A DNA stretch of 64,000 nucleotides from Deltaproteobacteria bacterium (GTDB taxonomy: Bacteria > Myxococcota_A > Polyangia > Haliangiales > J016), in assembly GCA_003696105.1 (NCBI GenBank), contig RFGE01000087.1, positions 3,705-67,704 on the forward strand, written 5' to 3'. Under the pieces are notes generated by a model. The model saw nothing but the letters and a program-made list of their open reading frames with translations, did not search any database and was not told the origin of the DNA. Every line of letters starts with the position of its first letter. The stretch's first letter is position 1. Below are positions 51,085-61,911 of the stretch, piece by piece. Made by a program: the position numbers and the translations under genes.

Positions 51085-51298
51085 GAGCTATGCGGGTCGG
51101 ATCAGCGCAAGACCGGATCATCGCGATACCCCTTCGGGTCGTCGTGTTCGCCGGCGGTCGGCGCTTCTGCTCGTCGTTGCTCATCTTGACCTCGACCGCA
51201 CGCGGGCTCCGCGGCGCGCGCGGCGACGTCTGGCGCCGGCGGACGCCGCGCGGCGACGCGGGCGATGGGCGCCGCCCGCCGACCGCCGCACCGCGGAT

Positions 51299-51580
51299 CT
51301 ACTTCTTCTTTTTGCCCCGCAGGTAGCCGTCGGCGACGCCGTAGACCCACGTGAGACTGGCGACCAGGCCGGCGGCCGTGCCGACGAGCGGCAGTGCGCT
51401 CCAGAACCCTGCGCCGGCGACGACGAACGTGACGGCCACCCCGATGGCCTTGTCCGTGTCGCCGTTGATTAGCTGGCCCAATCCCGGCAGCACCGCGCTC
51501 GCGCCGGCCGCCACCAGCCCCCGCACGGGGTCATCGTCGCGCGTCGTCAGCGCCTTGGTCACACAGCGAGTATGCCGCAT
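51299..51580 (-). CDS. small two-TM membrane protein
   Basis: 93 aa. LPGLGQLINGD is followed by AIGVAVTFVVAGAGFW and LVGTAAGLVASLTWVYGV, with a KKKK C-terminus. Confidence 0.55.
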   Translation of the reverse strand: MRHTRCVTKALTTRDDDPVRGLVAAGASAVLPGLGQLINGDTDKAIGVAVTFVVAGAGFWSALPLVGTAAGLVASLTWVYGVADGYLRGKKKK

Positions 51581-51626
51581 TCGCCGGCGTGGCGCCCGCC
51601 GCCGAACCGCGCCCGCCCGTCGCGGG

Positions 51627-53213
51627 TCAGAACCGCGCCGACACGCCGAGCGACAACATCACGTAGCTGGCCTCGTACCGGCCGGCGTTGAACGGGCTCT
51701 CCACCGCCGAGTTGGCGTCGTTGAGCGGTTGCGCCGGGTCCGGCCGTCTCCGGTCGAACGGCGGCAGCGCCTGCCCGTCGCAGGTCGGGTTCGACGCATC
51801 GGGACCGTCGGGCGGCAGGCACTGCGGCACGTCGCGCGTCGGCTCCACCACGTAGCCGCCGCCGACGTCCAGCTGCACGCGGTCGCCGACCGGGAACGAC
51901 GCGCCGATGGCCATGGTCGTGCGCGGCGCGCCGTCGATATCGGCCCGGTTGTACAAAAGCGGCGCCGTCTCGGTGTCGTGCGCGACGCCGGCGCGCACCG
52001 TCACGCGGCGCCCGGCGACGGGCACGGCATACGAGCCGCCGAGGCGGATGGACCACACGTCGCGGAAGCCGTGCCGCAACACCACCGGGTTGAGCACGAA
52101 GCCGCCCGTACTCGATCGCCCATCCACACGCACCAGGATGTTGGACGCATCGTCGGCGCCCCAGTTTTCCCAGCGCACGTCCAGTTCCACGTCGCCTCGC
52201 TCCCGACCCTCGCCATCCCGTGCGATCCACCGCGCGCCAATCGACGCCATCTGCGGGAGGTCGAAATCGATGCACGACTTGAGCGCGTCGACCGTGCCGC
52301 CGAGCGCACAGTCGATGAACTCGGGCCGATCTTCCGGCTCGATGAACGCGTTCGGATCGAGCGGATCGGCGGCGGTCCCCAGATCGGCGGTGCCGGTGCC
52401 GGTCGCGCGAATGTGCAGCGCGCTGTGATAGCTCGCGCCGAGTTCGATCGCGCCGATCGGCCGGTACAACACGCCGATCCCCCACGCGGGGACGAAGGAG
52501 TCCGCCACGTCCACCGAGAACACGCCGTCTTTTTGTTCCCACTCCTCGTAGTTGCGGATCGCCCACGTGGCGGTCGTCGCCTGGAGTTGGGCGATGCCCC
52601 ACGACGCGCGCACGCCGACATCGACGCTGTCGATCGGCCGGTACGCGACGCCGATCGACGGCAGTGCCGTCGCCGCGCTCTGTTCGATGACATCGTAGCG
52701 CTGCGGCCCGGGCGCCGGATCGGCGCCGCCCAGGTCGTGGCGTACGGGAAACGACCGGTTGGGGTGCCCCTGCGGCGCGAGCAGGCCCGCGCCGAACCGC
52801 ACCGGCCATTCCGGCCGCCCCAGATCGGTGGACACGGCCACGATGGGCACGGCTTGAAACGGACCGACGCCGATGTCCGGTGTCGAGTCGTCCTCGACCA
52901 CCGGATAGTCGGCGCCGACGTAGCTCTCGCCGCCGTCGGTGACCTCGTAGCGCCCCGCCCGGGCGAACCGCAGCCGATAATCGAGCAAGTTGCCCCCGAT
53001 ATAGAGCACCGTACCCGGCGTCTTCGCGAGGCCTGCGGGGTTGTGGTACAGCGCCGACGGGTCGTCCGCCTTCGCGGCGAACGCGCCGGCGCGCCCCTGC
53101 GCCTGCGGCCCCGTGCCCGGCACCAAAATGCCGCCCGCGCTCGCGCCCGGCGCGCGCCACACGAGCGCCGCGACCACCGCGGCCGCCGTCTGCATCGATC
53201 GTGTCATCGACAT
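51627..53213 (-). CDS. outer-membrane beta-barrel transport protein (FadL/TodX/OMPP1-like)
   Basis: The signal is [38 protein letters not shown] matches the FadL N-terminal motif. Alternating beta strands are present and the terminal residue is Phe. An alternative ATG at 53207 forms an ATGA overlap with the mnmG stop. Confidence 0.75.
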   Translation of the reverse strand: MSMTRSMQTAAAVVAALVWRAPGASAGGILVPGTGPQAQGRAGAFAAKADDPSALYHNPAGLAKTPGTVLYIGGNLLDYRLRFARAGRYEVTDGGESYVGADYPVVEDDSTPDIGVGPFQAVPIVAVSTDLGRPEWPVRFGAGLLAPQGHPNRSFPVRHDLGGADPAPGPQRYDVIEQSAATALPSIGVAYRPIDSVDVGVRASWGIAQLQATTATWAIRNYEEWEQKDGVFSVDVADSFVPAWGIGVLYRPIGAIELGASYHSALHIRATGTGTADLGTAADPLDPNAFIEPEDRPEFIDCALGGTVDALKSCIDFDLPQMASIGARWIARDGEGRERGDVELDVRWENWGADDASNILVRVDGRSSTGGFVLNPVVLRHGFRDVWSIRLGGSYAVPVAGRRVTVRAGVAHDTETAPLLYNRADIDGAPRTTMAIGASFPVGDRVQLDVGGGYVVEPTRDVPQCLPPDGPDASNPTCDGQALPPFDRRRPDPAQPLNDANSAVESPFNAGRYEASYVMLSLGVSARF

Positions 53214-55114
53214 CCTGCTCGTCGCCTCTCTGCCGTCAAGTGGGTCATCAAAATGGCCACCGCCGCCGGCGTCACGCCGCTGATCCGCGCCGCCTGCGCC
53301 AACGACCGCGGCCGGAACGCCGCCAGCTTCTCCCGCGCTTCGTTCGACAAACCGCGCACGCGAGCATAGTCCAGGTCGTCGGGCAGCCGCACGTCCTCGA
53401 GTCGCGAAAGCCGCGCGGCGTCGCGCTGCTGGCGTTCGAGATAGCCGGCGTACTTGACCTCGGTCTCCACCCGCTCGGCCACCGTCGGGTCGACGCGCGG
53501 ATCGGCGAGCCCCGCCGCGCAGCCGATCGCCACGACGTCCGCGTGCGACAGCTCCGGCCGCCGCAACAGCTCGGCAAGCGTCGCGCGCCGATCGCGCAAC
53601 GGCGCGGAGCCGCGCGCCGCGAGCTGGTCGTTGACGGCGGCACTCGGCGCGACGGTCGCGGCGTCGAGGCGCTCGCGCTCGGCGGCCCGCGCGCGGTCGA
53701 ACTCGACGAACCGCCGCCAGCGATCGTCGTCGACCAGGCCGAGCGACCGTCCAATCGGAAACAAGCGATCGGCCGCGTTGTCCTCGCGCAAGATCAAGCG
53801 GTACTCCGCGCGCGACGTGAACATGCGGTAGGGCTCGTTCGTGCCCTTGGTGACGAGGTCGTCGATGAGCACGCCGGCGTACGCCTGATCGCGCCGGAGC
53901 ACCAGCGGCTCGTCGCCGCGAAGCGCGAGTGCGGCGTTGATGCCCGCGACGAGCCCCTGGGCCGCGGCCTCCTCGTAGCCGGACGTGCCGTTGATCTGGC
54001 CGGCGAAGTACAGCCCGCGCACGCGTTTGGTCTCGAGCGTCGGCCACAGGCCGGTCGGGTCGTGAAAATCGTACTCGACCGCGTACCCCGGGCGGGTCAT
54101 CTCCGCGCGCTCGAGCCCGGGGATGGTGCGCAACAGCGCGAGCTGCACGTCGTACGGCAGCGAGGTCGAGATCCCGTTGGGGTAGATCTCGGCGGTGTCG
54201 AGCCCCTCGGGTTCGAGGAACACCTGGTGGCGCGGCTTGTCGGCGAACCGCACGACCTTGTCCTCGATGCTCGGGCAGTACCGCGGCCCGACCGACGCGA
54301 TCCGGCCCGTGTACAGCGGCGACCGGTGCAGGTTGGCGCGGATGACGTCGTGCGTCCGCTCGTTGGTGTACGTCAACCAGCAGACCCGCTGCGGCAGCGC
54401 GGGCGGCCCGCCGTCGCCGAACACGCGAAACCGCGGCGGCGGATCGTCGCCCGGCTGGCGCTCGAGGCCGGCGGTGTCGACGGTGGCGGCGTCGATGCGG
54501 CACGGCGTGCCGGTCTTCAGGCGCGACAGCGGGAACCCGAGCCGCAACAGCGAACCCGACAGCGACCGCGCCGGAGCCTCGCCGGCGCGACCTCCCTGCG
54601 CGGTCTCGTCGCCGACGTGCAGCACGCCGCGCAGAAACGTACCGGTGGTCAGGATCACCGCGCGCGCGCGAAACGCGACCCCCATGGTCGTACCGACGCC
54701 GGCGATCCGGCCGCCGTCTACGTGCAGCTCGGACACCTCGGCCTGCCGGCAGGTCAAGCCGGGCTGCGCGTCGAGCGCCCGCCGCATCGCCTGGCGATAG
54801 CGCAGCTTGTCGGCCTGGGCACGCGTCGATCGCACGGCCGGTCCCTTCGACCGGTTCAGCCTGCGGAACTGGATACCGGTCGCATCGATCGCGCGCCCCA
54901 TCTCGCCGCCGAGCGCGTCGATCTCCTTGACCAGATGCCCCTTGGCGACCCCGCCGATCGCGGGATTGCACGACATGTGCGCGATCGTGTCGAGGTTGCC
55001 GGTGAGGACGAGCGTACGGCGCCCCAAACGCGCGGCGGCGAGCGCCGCCTCGCAGCCCGCGTGGCCGGCGCCGACCACGATCACGTCGTACCGATCCGGG
55101 TAAACGTACACCAA
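53204..55114 (-). CDS. mnmG: tRNA uridine 5-carboxymethylaminomethyl modification enzyme MnmG (GidA)
   Basis: 636 aa. Motifs are [35 protein letters not shown] and [16 protein letters not shown]. Confidence 0.95.
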   Translation of the reverse strand: MVYVYPDRYDVIVVGAGHAGCEAALAAARLGRRTLVLTGNLDTIAHMSCNPAIGGVAKGHLVKEIDALGGEMGRAIDATGIQFRRLNRSKGPAVRSTRAQADKLRYRQAMRRALDAQPGLTCRQAEVSELHVDGGRIAGVGTTMGVAFRARAVILTTGTFLRGVLHVGDETAQGGRAGEAPARSLSGSLLRLGFPLSRLKTGTPCRIDAATVDTAGLERQPGDDPPPRFRVFGDGGPPALPQRVCWLTYTNERTHDVIRANLHRSPLYTGRIASVGPRYCPSIEDKVVRFADKPRHQVFLEPEGLDTAEIYPNGISTSLPYDVQLALLRTIPGLERAEMTRPGYAVEYDFHDPTGLWPTLETKRVRGLYFAGQINGTSGYEEAAAQGLVAGINAALALRGDEPLVLRRDQAYAGVLIDDLVTKGTNEPYRMFTSRAEYRLILREDNAADRLFPIGRSLGLVDDDRWRRFVEFDRARAAERERLDAATVAPSAAVNDQLAARGSAPLRDRRATLAELLRRPELSHADVVAIGCAAGLADPRVDPTVAERVETEVKYAGYLERQQRDAARLSRLEDVRLPDDLDYARVRGLSNEAREKLAAFRPRSLAQAARISGVTPAAVAILMTHLTAERRRAGCR

Positions 55115-55126
55115 ACCTCCTCGCGA

Positions 55127-55810
55127 TCACCTGCGGCCGCGCGCGCACGCCGCGTCGCCCGGCGGCCGCTCGGTCGCGAACCGGTAGACGTTGAGCGCGA
55201 AATCGACCGCGATCCGGTCCGGGTGCAGCGCATCCGGCAACCGCCCGGTCCGCCACTGGAATCGCTGTACCTTCACCGATCCGCACGGCGCGTGGATGCC
55301 GCGCGGTACCGCCGCGATGCGCCGTTGTTCCGCGCGCAGGCCGTCGAGGTCGCACAGCCCTCCGCGGCCGCAGTCGAACGCGAACGTGTCGTACCACCAG
55401 GGGCCACCGCCCGACTGCTCGCGGATGCGGATCGCGATGGCGACGCCCGCGTCGTCCTCGGCCTGTACCCGCACCGGATGGACGCCCGGCAGGAGATCGA
55501 CCGTGAAGCACTCGAGCGGCCGCTCGGCCGACTTGTACAGCACCCTGTCGTCCACGGTCACCCACACGGCGTTGGGCACCGGCCCGACGCGGATCTCGAA
55601 CCGCTTATAGGGGGCCGGCGGCCGCGGCTCGTCGGCGGGCGCGTCGTCGTCGCGGCACGCGCAGCGCTGGCCGCCCTCACAGGTCGGCCCGGCCAGGGTC
55701 GCGCGGGTCACCGGCGCCGGCGCCGGCGGCGGCGGATCGGCCGGCGGGCGCTGCGGCGACCCGCAGTGCAGCGACAGGGCGGCCAGTGCGACCGGAAGGC
55801 GGCGTGTCAT
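55127..55810 (-). CDS. Cys-rich lipoprotein, unknown function
   Basis: The internal ATG gives [16 protein letters not shown] (lipobox), 227 aa with a Pro-rich linker and 8 further Cys. The rest of the listed 520-aa ORF is antisense to bamD. Confidence 0.6.
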   Translation of the reverse strand: MTRRLPVALAALSLHCGSPQRPPADPPPPAPAPVTRATLAGPTCEGGQRCACRDDDAPADEPRPPAPYKRFEIRVGPVPNAVWVTVDDRVLYKSAERPLECFTVDLLPGVHPVRVQAEDDAGVAIAIRIREQSGGGPWWYDTFAFDCGRGGLCDLDGLRAEQRRIAAVPRGIHAPCGSVKVQRFQWRTGRLPDALHPDRIAVDFALNVYRFATERPPGDAACARGRR

Positions 55811-55924
55811 CGCGGCGCATACTATACGCGGCAACCGACCGCGGCCACCGCGGGTCCGACCGGTGCCGCGATCCACCGATCCGCGCCGCGGCTTGACCCG
55901 CCCTCGCCCGAAGCGATATACAAA

Positions 55925-56737
55925 ATGACGGAATTTCGAATGGTTGCCTTTCTGCGTGCCGCACTCGTCGCGCTCGCGGCCGGAGCCCTGGCGGCGCCGG
56001 GCTGCGGCGCCCGCTCGACGTCGACCAAAGTCGAGTACTCGGTCTCCGCGAAAAAGAACTACGAACTCGGCCTGAAGAAGCTCGAGGACGAAAACTGGGT
56101 CGCGGCGGCGAAGTACTTCTCGTTCATCAAGGCGCGGTTTCCGTATTCGAAGTACGCCGTGCTCGCCGAGCTGCGCCTGGCCGACGCCGAGTTCGGCGCC
56201 GAACACTACCTGCAGGCGATCGACAGCTACAAGCTGTTCATCAAGTTCCACCCGACGCACGAGATGGTCGTCAACGGGTACTGCGCGTTCCGCATCGGCG
56301 AGGCGTACTACAAGATGCTGCCCAGCGACTTCTGGCTCGTGCCGCCGTCGTACGAAAAGGATCAGTCCGCGACGCAGGACGCGTTTCGCGAGCTGTCGGC
56401 GTTCTTGCGCAAGTACCCCAAGTCGCCGTTCGTTCCGCGCGCGAAAAAGATGCTCACCGAGGTCAAGCGGCGCCTCGCGCGCCACGAGTGGTACGTCGCC
56501 CAGTTCTACTGGGACCGCGACAAACCGATGGGCACGATCCTGCGGCTGCGGCGACTGCTCGAGCGCTATGCGGGCGCCGGCTACGACGAGGAAGCGCTGT
56601 GGCTGCTGGGCCGCGCCTACGCGAAAGTCGGCATGAACGACCGCGCGCGCAAGACCTGGCAGAAACTCATCGACACCTACCCCAAACACAAACGGGCGGC
56701 GCAGGCGCGCGACGCGCTCGCCCGGCTATCGGGATAG
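55925..56737 (+). CDS. bamD: outer membrane protein assembly factor BamD
   Basis: [27 protein letters not shown] provides the lipobox. TPR-like helices follow, with [28 protein letters not shown] and LIDTYP. Confidence 0.85.
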   Translation: MTEFRMVAFLRAALVALAAGALAAPGCGARSTSTKVEYSVSAKKNYELGLKKLEDENWVAAAKYFSFIKARFPYSKYAVLAELRLADAEFGAEHYLQAIDSYKLFIKFHPTHEMVVNGYCAFRIGEAYYKMLPSDFWLVPPSYEKDQSATQDAFRELSAFLRKYPKSPFVPRAKKMLTEVKRRLARHEWYVAQFYWDRDKPMGTILRLRRLLERYAGAGYDEEALWLLGRAYAKVGMNDRARKTWQKLIDTYPKHKRAAQARDALARLSG

Positions 56738-56740
56738 CGC

Positions 56741-57571
56741 ATGGACGATCGGCTCAGGCAGCTCATCACGCTCGGCCGCGAGCACTACCTCGCGGGGGAA
56801 TACGACCAGGCGGAGCAGTACCTGAGCCAGGTAGTCGAAAGCCACCGCGGCTTTGCGGACATCTTCAACATGCTCGGCGTCATCTACCACGCGCAGGGGC
56901 GCTTCGAGGACGCCGAGCGCGCGTTCGAGGCGGCGCTCGACATCAACCCCGCGTACACCGACGCGGCGCTCAACCTCGCCGTCACCTACAACGACCTCGG
57001 CAAATACCAGCAGGCGCGCGACATCTACCGGCGCGCGCTGTCCAACTCGGCCAAGGAGCCGCGCAGCCTCGACCCGTTCGCACGTGGAAAGATCGCCAAC
57101 ATGCACGCCGACCTCGGCGAGGTCTACGCGGGGGTCGGCTTCTACGAGGAGGCGGTCGCCGAGTATCGCAAGGCGCTCGAGCTGTGCCCGACGTTCGTCG
57201 ACCTGCGCACGCGGCTGGCGAACGTGTACCGCGACATGAACGACTACGACAGCGCGCTGGCCGAGTTCGCGCAGATCAAGCTTGCGCGCCCCGACTACCT
57301 GCCCGCGCGCGTCGCCCTCGGCGTGACGCTGTTCGCGCTCGACCGTCTCGACGAGGCGATCGAGGAGTGGGAGGCCGTGCTGCGCGCCGACCCGGACAAC
57401 AAACCGGCGGCGGTCTACCTGCGCATGGTGCGCAACAAGGACGCGCCGGCGCCCGGCAGCGCCAAGCGCAAAAAGGCCCGCGGGCGCAAGCGCGCCGGGC
57501 GCAAGGCTCAGGCCGCCGGCGAGGCGAGCGGCGCACCCGCCGATGGTCCGGGCGACGCGCCGGCGGACTGA
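56741..57571 (+). CDS. tetratricopeptide-repeat protein with basic C-terminal tail
   Basis: 276 aa with at least 6 TPR units (e.g. [32 protein letters not shown]). It starts 3 nt after bamD. Confidence 0.8.
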   Translation: MDDRLRQLITLGREHYLAGEYDQAEQYLSQVVESHRGFADIFNMLGVIYHAQGRFEDAERAFEAALDINPAYTDAALNLAVTYNDLGKYQQARDIYRRALSNSAKEPRSLDPFARGKIANMHADLGEVYAGVGFYEEAVAEYRKALELCPTFVDLRTRLANVYRDMNDYDSALAEFAQIKLARPDYLPARVALGVTLFALDRLDEAIEEWEAVLRADPDNKPAAVYLRMVRNKDAPAPGSAKRKKARGRKRAGRKAQAAGEASGAPADGPGDAPAD

Positions 57572-57574
57572 CGC

Positions 57575-57985
57575 TCACGACGGCTCGCCGTCGCAACGCC
57601 GCACCGCCGCGGCCACTGCGGCGACGATGTCCTGCGGCTGAAACGGCTTGCGGACGACCACCGGCGCGCCGTCGACGGTCGGCAGGTCGACGCCCGTCGA
57701 GCCGGTCATGTAGATGACCGGAGTGCGGGCGCCGCGCCGCCACAGCTCGCGGGCGAGGTCCGCGCCGGTCATCTTGGGCATCATCACGTCGGTGAGCACG
57801 ACGTCGATCTGCGCGGCGCCGGCCAGCGCGAGCGCTTCGGCTGCATCCCCCGCGACGAGCACCTCGAACCCCTCCCGTTCGAGCACGCCGGAGACCAACC
57901 TCAGAATCCGCTGGTCGTCGTCCACCACGAGCACGGTCGCCGCGCGCGCCACCGAAGAACTGGACATCATCGCCACCCTACCCAA
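57575..57985 (-). CDS. single-domain response regulator
   Basis: 136 aa. VLVVDDD...IDVVLTDVMMPKMTG...IYMTG...RKPF shows canonical receiver residues. Confidence 0.88.
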   Translation of the reverse strand: MGRVAMMSSSSVARAATVLVVDDDQRILRLVSGVLEREGFEVLVAGDAAEALALAGAAQIDVVLTDVMMPKMTGADLARELWRRGARTPVIYMTGSTGVDLPTVDGAPVVVRKPFQPQDIVAAVAAAVRRCDGEPS

Positions 57986-58054
57986 ACTGAGGCGCTCGCG
58001 CGCCCCCCCGCGAGGGTAACGAACGCGTGTTCAGTAGACCGTCCCGCCGCGCGC

Positions 58055-58759
58055 TCAGTCGGTCTCGCCGGCGTCGAGCACGCTGGTGCCCACCGCATGC
58101 CGCCAGAAGCGGCGCGCGATCGCGTCGAGGCTGCGCTCGCCGCACGCCGCCAGGACGTGGCGCACGTGGCGCTTGAGCGTGTTGGCCGAGATGCCGAGCT
58201 GGTCCGCGATCTCGGCGTGCGTCCAGCCGGCGATCGACAGCGCGACGATCTGGCGCTGGCGGCGCGTGAGGTCCCCGTGCCGGGTCACGCCGTCGAGGAA
58301 TGCGTCGATTTCCTCGCGCAGGCGATCGCGCGCGCCGCGGGCGCGGTCCGCCACGGCGCGCAGGTTGTCGCCGCAGTTGGACTTGAGGACGTAGATCGCT
58401 CCGTGCCGCTGCGCCGTGGACACCAGTTCGGGATGGATGTAGCCGGTGAGCGCCACGACTTCGGCCCGGGGAAACCGGCGGCGCACCGCCTCGATCACGG
58501 CGAAGCCGCGGCCGCGCGGGCTCGCCGGATCGAACGGTCCGGGGCCAGGTACGTTCAGATCGACGATGGCGGCCGCCAGGTCGTCGACCGCCTCGACCGC
58601 GGCGAGCGCCTCCTCCACGTCGGCGGCATAGCGGACGTCGAATCCGCCGTCGAACACGCGACCGAGCACGCGCCGCGCGAAGTCCTCGTCGTCCTCGACG
58701 ACGAGGACGCCCACGCGTCCCGCCTCCTCCCCGCCCCCCTGTAGGTCCAGTCTCGCCAT
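58055..58759 (-). CDS. NarL/FixJ-type response regulator (receiver + LuxR HTH)
   Basis: 234 aa. The receiver carries VLVVEDDEDF...AAIVDLNVPG. The C-terminal HTH is LTRRQRQIVALSIAGWTHAEIADQLGISANTLKRHVRHV. Confidence 0.88.
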   Translation of the reverse strand: MARLDLQGGGEEAGRVGVLVVEDDEDFARRVLGRVFDGGFDVRYAADVEEALAAVEAVDDLAAAIVDLNVPGPGPFDPASPRGRGFAVIEAVRRRFPRAEVVALTGYIHPELVSTAQRHGAIYVLKSNCGDNLRAVADRARGARDRLREEIDAFLDGVTRHGDLTRRQRQIVALSIAGWTHAEIADQLGISANTLKRHVRHVLAACGERSLDAIARRFWRHAVGTSVLDAGETD

Positions 58760-58789
58760 AATCGGTGCAAAGAGCTGTTCCGATTATGG
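58756..58789. promoter_or_regulatory. perfect 10-bp inverted repeat enclosing the start codon of the LuxR-type regulator
   Basis: CCATAATCGG (58756-58765), 14 nt, then CCGATTATGG (58780-58789). The regulator's ATG (58759-58757) lies inside the first arm. On the mRNA strand it is the 3' arm of a potential hairpin. Confidence 0.6.
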
Positions 58790-58812
58790 GTCGTGCGGGT
58801 CGGGGTTTTCTT

Positions 58813-58836
58813 CACCCCTGCGGGGTGATTTTGCTT
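58813..58836 (+). terminator. terminator-like hairpin plus T-rich tail with no plus-strand gene upstream
   Basis: CACCCC-tgc-GGGGTG is followed by ATTTTGCTT on the plus strand. The reverse complement is not followed by a U tract, so it does not look like the terminator of the minus-strand ChaN gene. Confidence 0.3.
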
Positions 58837-58899
58837 ACTTGTCGGCACTGTGGACCGGCTGATCCCGCCGAATCGGCCGTGCAGATCACCCCGCGTCGG

Positions 58900-59826
58900 T
58901 CAGCCGCCGGCCGAGGGTGCCGTCATCACCACGACGAAATCGGTCGCGCGGTCGCGCAGCGCGTCGTCGGCTCCCCCCTCCCCGTCGTCGATGACCGGCC
59001 GGACGGACACCGCCGGCTCGATACCGCGGCGGCGCAGGCGGGCGACGACCGCCGAGTCGTGGCAGTGGCCGTTCCCGGCGAGGATGACCATGCGCCGGCG
59101 GGAATCCGCCGACAGCCAGCGGGCCGCCGTGTCGGCCATCGTCTCGTCCCACAGCACCTGGGCCGCGTACACCGAGTCGGTCACCTCGCCGCCCGGATGC
59201 TCGCGCATCACGCCGTCGAACCACGCGCGGTGGCGCGCGTCCGACAAGTCCAGCTCGGGCAACTCGGCCCGCTCGGCATCGGTCAACCCGTCGAGTCCGT
59301 GGCGGCCGACTTTGCTCGCGATCTCCTTGCGCACGTTGAGCGCCACCAGCGCCGCCCCGCGCCGGATCGCGAGGGCGACGATCGGCCGGTACAGCGCGAA
59401 ATCGTACCCCCACCGCTTCCGCCATTCCGTCCGCGCGAGCAACACGCGGTCGTCGATTCGGCCCCGCGCGTACGCGTCGAGCACGGCCTGAAACGGCCGC
59501 TGGAACATCTCCATGCCGAGAGCGAACGGCCGCCCGGCGGCGGCCGCGCGGCGCGACAGCTCGTCGACGACGCGCAGCTGTACCCAGTGGTGATGCGGGT
59601 TCGAGTGCTGCTCGCCCACGCACACCGCGCGCGCGGCCGCGAGCGCGCCGAACAGGGCCGCGTCGTCGACGCGGCGGCCGTCGCGGTCATAGACGACGTA
59701 GGGCAGCGCGGCCGCCTCGACGCCGGTCGCCCGCGGCGTCGAGGGTCCGGTCGGCGGCCCACCGCACGCGACGGCGAGGACAAACGCGGCTACAGTGATG
59801 CGCGCGCGTGGCACGCACGGAATCAT
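58900..59826 (-). CDS. ChaN-family (haem/iron-associated, Tiki-like) lipoprotein
   Basis: 308 aa. The lipobox is FVLAVAC. Motifs are [35 protein letters not shown] and VILAGNGH. Confidence 0.75.
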   Translation of the reverse strand: MIPCVPRARITVAAFVLAVACGGPPTGPSTPRATGVEAAALPYVVYDRDGRRVDDAALFGALAAARAVCVGEQHSNPHHHWVQLRVVDELSRRAAAAGRPFALGMEMFQRPFQAVLDAYARGRIDDRVLLARTEWRKRWGYDFALYRPIVALAIRRGAALVALNVRKEIASKVGRHGLDGLTDAERAELPELDLSDARHRAWFDGVMREHPGGEVTDSVYAAQVLWDETMADTAARWLSADSRRRMVILAGNGHCHDSAVVARLRRRGIEPAVSVRPVIDDGEGGADDALRDRATDFVVVMTAPSAGG

Positions 59827-59843
59827 ACCGCACGGGTGGCCCC

Positions 59844-60842
59844 ATGGACCTGCCGTTCGTCACCGGCGACCTTCCCGGCACCGGCGGCGTCCTCCGCCAG
59901 GTCGACGCCGACTTCAAGGTCGAGGAAATCCCCGCGTACGAACCGTGCGGAGCCGGCGACCACGTGTACGCGTGGATCGAAAAGCGCGGCGTGACGACCC
60001 TCGCGGCGGTCGACCGGCTGGCGGCGGCGCTCGGCGTCGCCGCGCGCGACGTGGGGTTCGCCGGGATGAAGGACCGGCACGCCGTCACCCGCCAGTACGT
60101 GTCATTTCCCCCGCCGGTGACGCCCGACGCGGTCCGCGCGGTGGAGGTCGCGGGCGTGCGCGTGCTGCGCGTAGAGCGCCACGGCAACAAGCTCAAGACG
60201 GGCCACCTGCGCGGCAACCGGTTCGCCGTGCGCATCCGCGGCGCGGTGCCGGACGCGGCGGCGCGCGCGGAGGCGATCCTCGCCCGGCTGGCCGACGCGC
60301 CCGGCAGCCCGAACTGGTTCGGCGAACAGCGGTTCGGCGCGCGCGGCGACAACCACGACATCGGCCGCGCGCTGGTGCGCGGCGAGGCCGGCGCCCGCGC
60401 ACCGCGAGGCCGCAAGCGCCGCCTGTTCGTGTCCGCGTTCCAGTCGTACCTGTTCAACGACTACCTGCGCCGGCGCATCGCCGACGGACTGTACCGCGAG
60501 CGGATCGACGGCGACCTGATGCGGCGCGGACTGCCCTCCGGGCCGATGTTCGGCCACAAGATGCCGGTGCCCGCGCCGGGGACCGCCGCGGCGGCGCGCG
60601 AACGCGCGGTGCTCGACGCCGCCGGTGTGACGCTGGACGACTTCCGCCGCGCCGGCAAGCTCGCCGAAGGGACGCGGCGGCCGATCGCCGTGCCGATCGA
60701 CGGCGCGCGCGTCGACGTGGACGCAGACGGCGCCGTGTGCGTCTGCTTCTCGCTACCGGCCGGGGCGTACGCGACCGCGGTGCTTCGAGAGATCGTGAAA
60801 CCTCCCGCGGTGCCGCCGCGGGCCGACCCGGAGTCGCCATGA
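59844..60842 (+). CDS. truD: tRNA pseudouridine synthase D
   Basis: The start is [22 protein letters not shown], the catalytic GMKDRHA, LRGNRF and NYFGEQRFG-like NWFGEQRFG are present. An alternative GTG at 59808 would overlap ChaN. Confidence 0.85.
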   Translation: MDLPFVTGDLPGTGGVLRQVDADFKVEEIPAYEPCGAGDHVYAWIEKRGVTTLAAVDRLAAALGVAARDVGFAGMKDRHAVTRQYVSFPPPVTPDAVRAVEVAGVRVLRVERHGNKLKTGHLRGNRFAVRIRGAVPDAAARAEAILARLADAPGSPNWFGEQRFGARGDNHDIGRALVRGEAGARAPRGRKRRLFVSAFQSYLFNDYLRRRIADGLYRERIDGDLMRRGLPSGPMFGHKMPVPAPGTAAAARERAVLDAAGVTLDDFRRAGKLAEGTRRPIAVPIDGARVDVDADGAVCVCFSLPAGAYATAVLREIVKPPAVPPRADPESP

Positions 60843-61480
60843 ACCTCGTCGAACTGTTCAAAGGATTCACACTGCTGGGCGCCCAGTGGGTGCTGTGGCT
60901 GCTCGTCGCGCTTTCGGTCGCATCCGTCGCGGTCATGATCGAGCGCGTCCGCTTCTTTCGCGCGCGACGCATCGACGTCGACGCGTTGATCGCCGACGTC
61001 AAGCGCGCGCTCGCCACCGGCGATGCGCCGTCCGCGCGCAAGCGGTGGAGCGAGTCGCGCGCGATGGCCGCGACCGTCGCGCTCGCCGGGATCGACGAAG
61101 CCGGCCGCGGAGCCGACGCGGCCGCGGAGGCGATGACATCCGCCAAGACGCGCGCGCGGGCCGACCACGAACGCAACCTGGTGTTCCTCGGGACGCTCGG
61201 CAACAACGCGCCGTTCATCGGTCTGTTCGGAACGGTGCTCGGCATCATCGTGGCGTTCGACGACCTGGCGACGAATCCCCAGGGCGACGCGACAGTCGTG
61301 ATGGCGGGGATCTCCGAGGCGCTCGTGGCCACCGCCGTCGGCCTGATGGTCGCGATCCCCGCGGTGGTCATGTACAACTATCTCAACCGGCGGCTGCGCG
61401 AGGCGTTGTCCGACGCCGACGCCGTCGCGCACGCGATCCTGGGCGAGCTGCGCGCGGACGACGCGCCGGAGGAGCGGTGA
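60839..61480 (+). CDS. exbB: MotA/TolQ/ExbB-family proton channel protein
   Basis: There is an ATGA overlap with the truD stop. The product is 213 aa. Motifs are [17 protein letters not shown] and [23 protein letters not shown]. Confidence 0.85.
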   Translation: MNLVELFKGFTLLGAQWVLWLLVALSVASVAVMIERVRFFRARRIDVDALIADVKRALATGDAPSARKRWSESRAMAATVALAGIDEAGRGADAAAEAMTSAKTRARADHERNLVFLGTLGNNAPFIGLFGTVLGIIVAFDDLATNPQGDATVVMAGISEALVATAVGLMVAIPAVVMYNYLNRRLREALSDADAVAHAILGELRADDAPEER

Positions 61481-61911
61481 TGGCGGGCGGAACGACGCCA
61501 TATCGCGACGACGACGCCGGCGCCGGCGCGATCACCGACATCAACGTCACTCCCCTCGTCGACATCACGCTCGTGCTGCTGATCATCTTCATGGTCACCG
61601 CGCGGCTGATCGTCGCGCGCGGCATCGACGTGGAAAGCCCCAAGACCGTGAGCGGTGCCGAGATCAAGGGCACGATCGAGGTGACGATCCAGCCCGGGCC
61701 GAAGTGGTTCGTCAACGGCGAACCCGCGCCGGACAAGGCGGCGATCGAGCGTGCGATCCGCGCGGCGCTCGCCGGCGACGCCGACTTGCGTCCGATCATC
61801 ACGGCCGACCGCCGCGTGCCGCACGGCGACGTCATGGAGATCGTCGATCTCATCAAGCTCGCGGGCGTCAAACGATTTGCGATGACGACCGAGGTGAAGC
61901 GGGACGAGTGA
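61480..61911 (+). CDS. exbD: ExbD/TolR-family protein
   Basis: There is a TGATG overlap. The product is 143 aa. Motifs are INVTPLVDITLVLLIIFMV and ITADRRVPHGDVMEIVDLIKLAG. Confidence 0.85.
   Translation: MAGGTTPYRDDDAGAGAITDINVTPLVDITLVLLIIFMVTARLIVARGIDVESPKTVSGAEIKGTIEVTIQPGPKWFVNGEPAPDKAAIERAIRAALAGDADLRPIITADRRVPHGDVMEIVDLIKLAGVKRFAMTTEVKRDE

Noticed and set aside
51627-55565. 1312-aa minus-strand ORF and the 1178-aa plus-strand ORF 53201..56737
   Set aside because: Only the 3' 528 codons of the former (FadL-like OMP) are convincing, and only the 3' 270 codons of the latter (BamD). The remainder overlaps mnmG or the Cys-rich lipoprotein in wrong frames.
58765-59994. 409-aa plus-strand ORF opposite the ChaN gene
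   Set aside because: It is antisense to a gene with clear ChaN-type motifs and a lipobox, and its product is Arg/Gly/Pro-rich. I kept only the structured intergenic elements at its 5' end.
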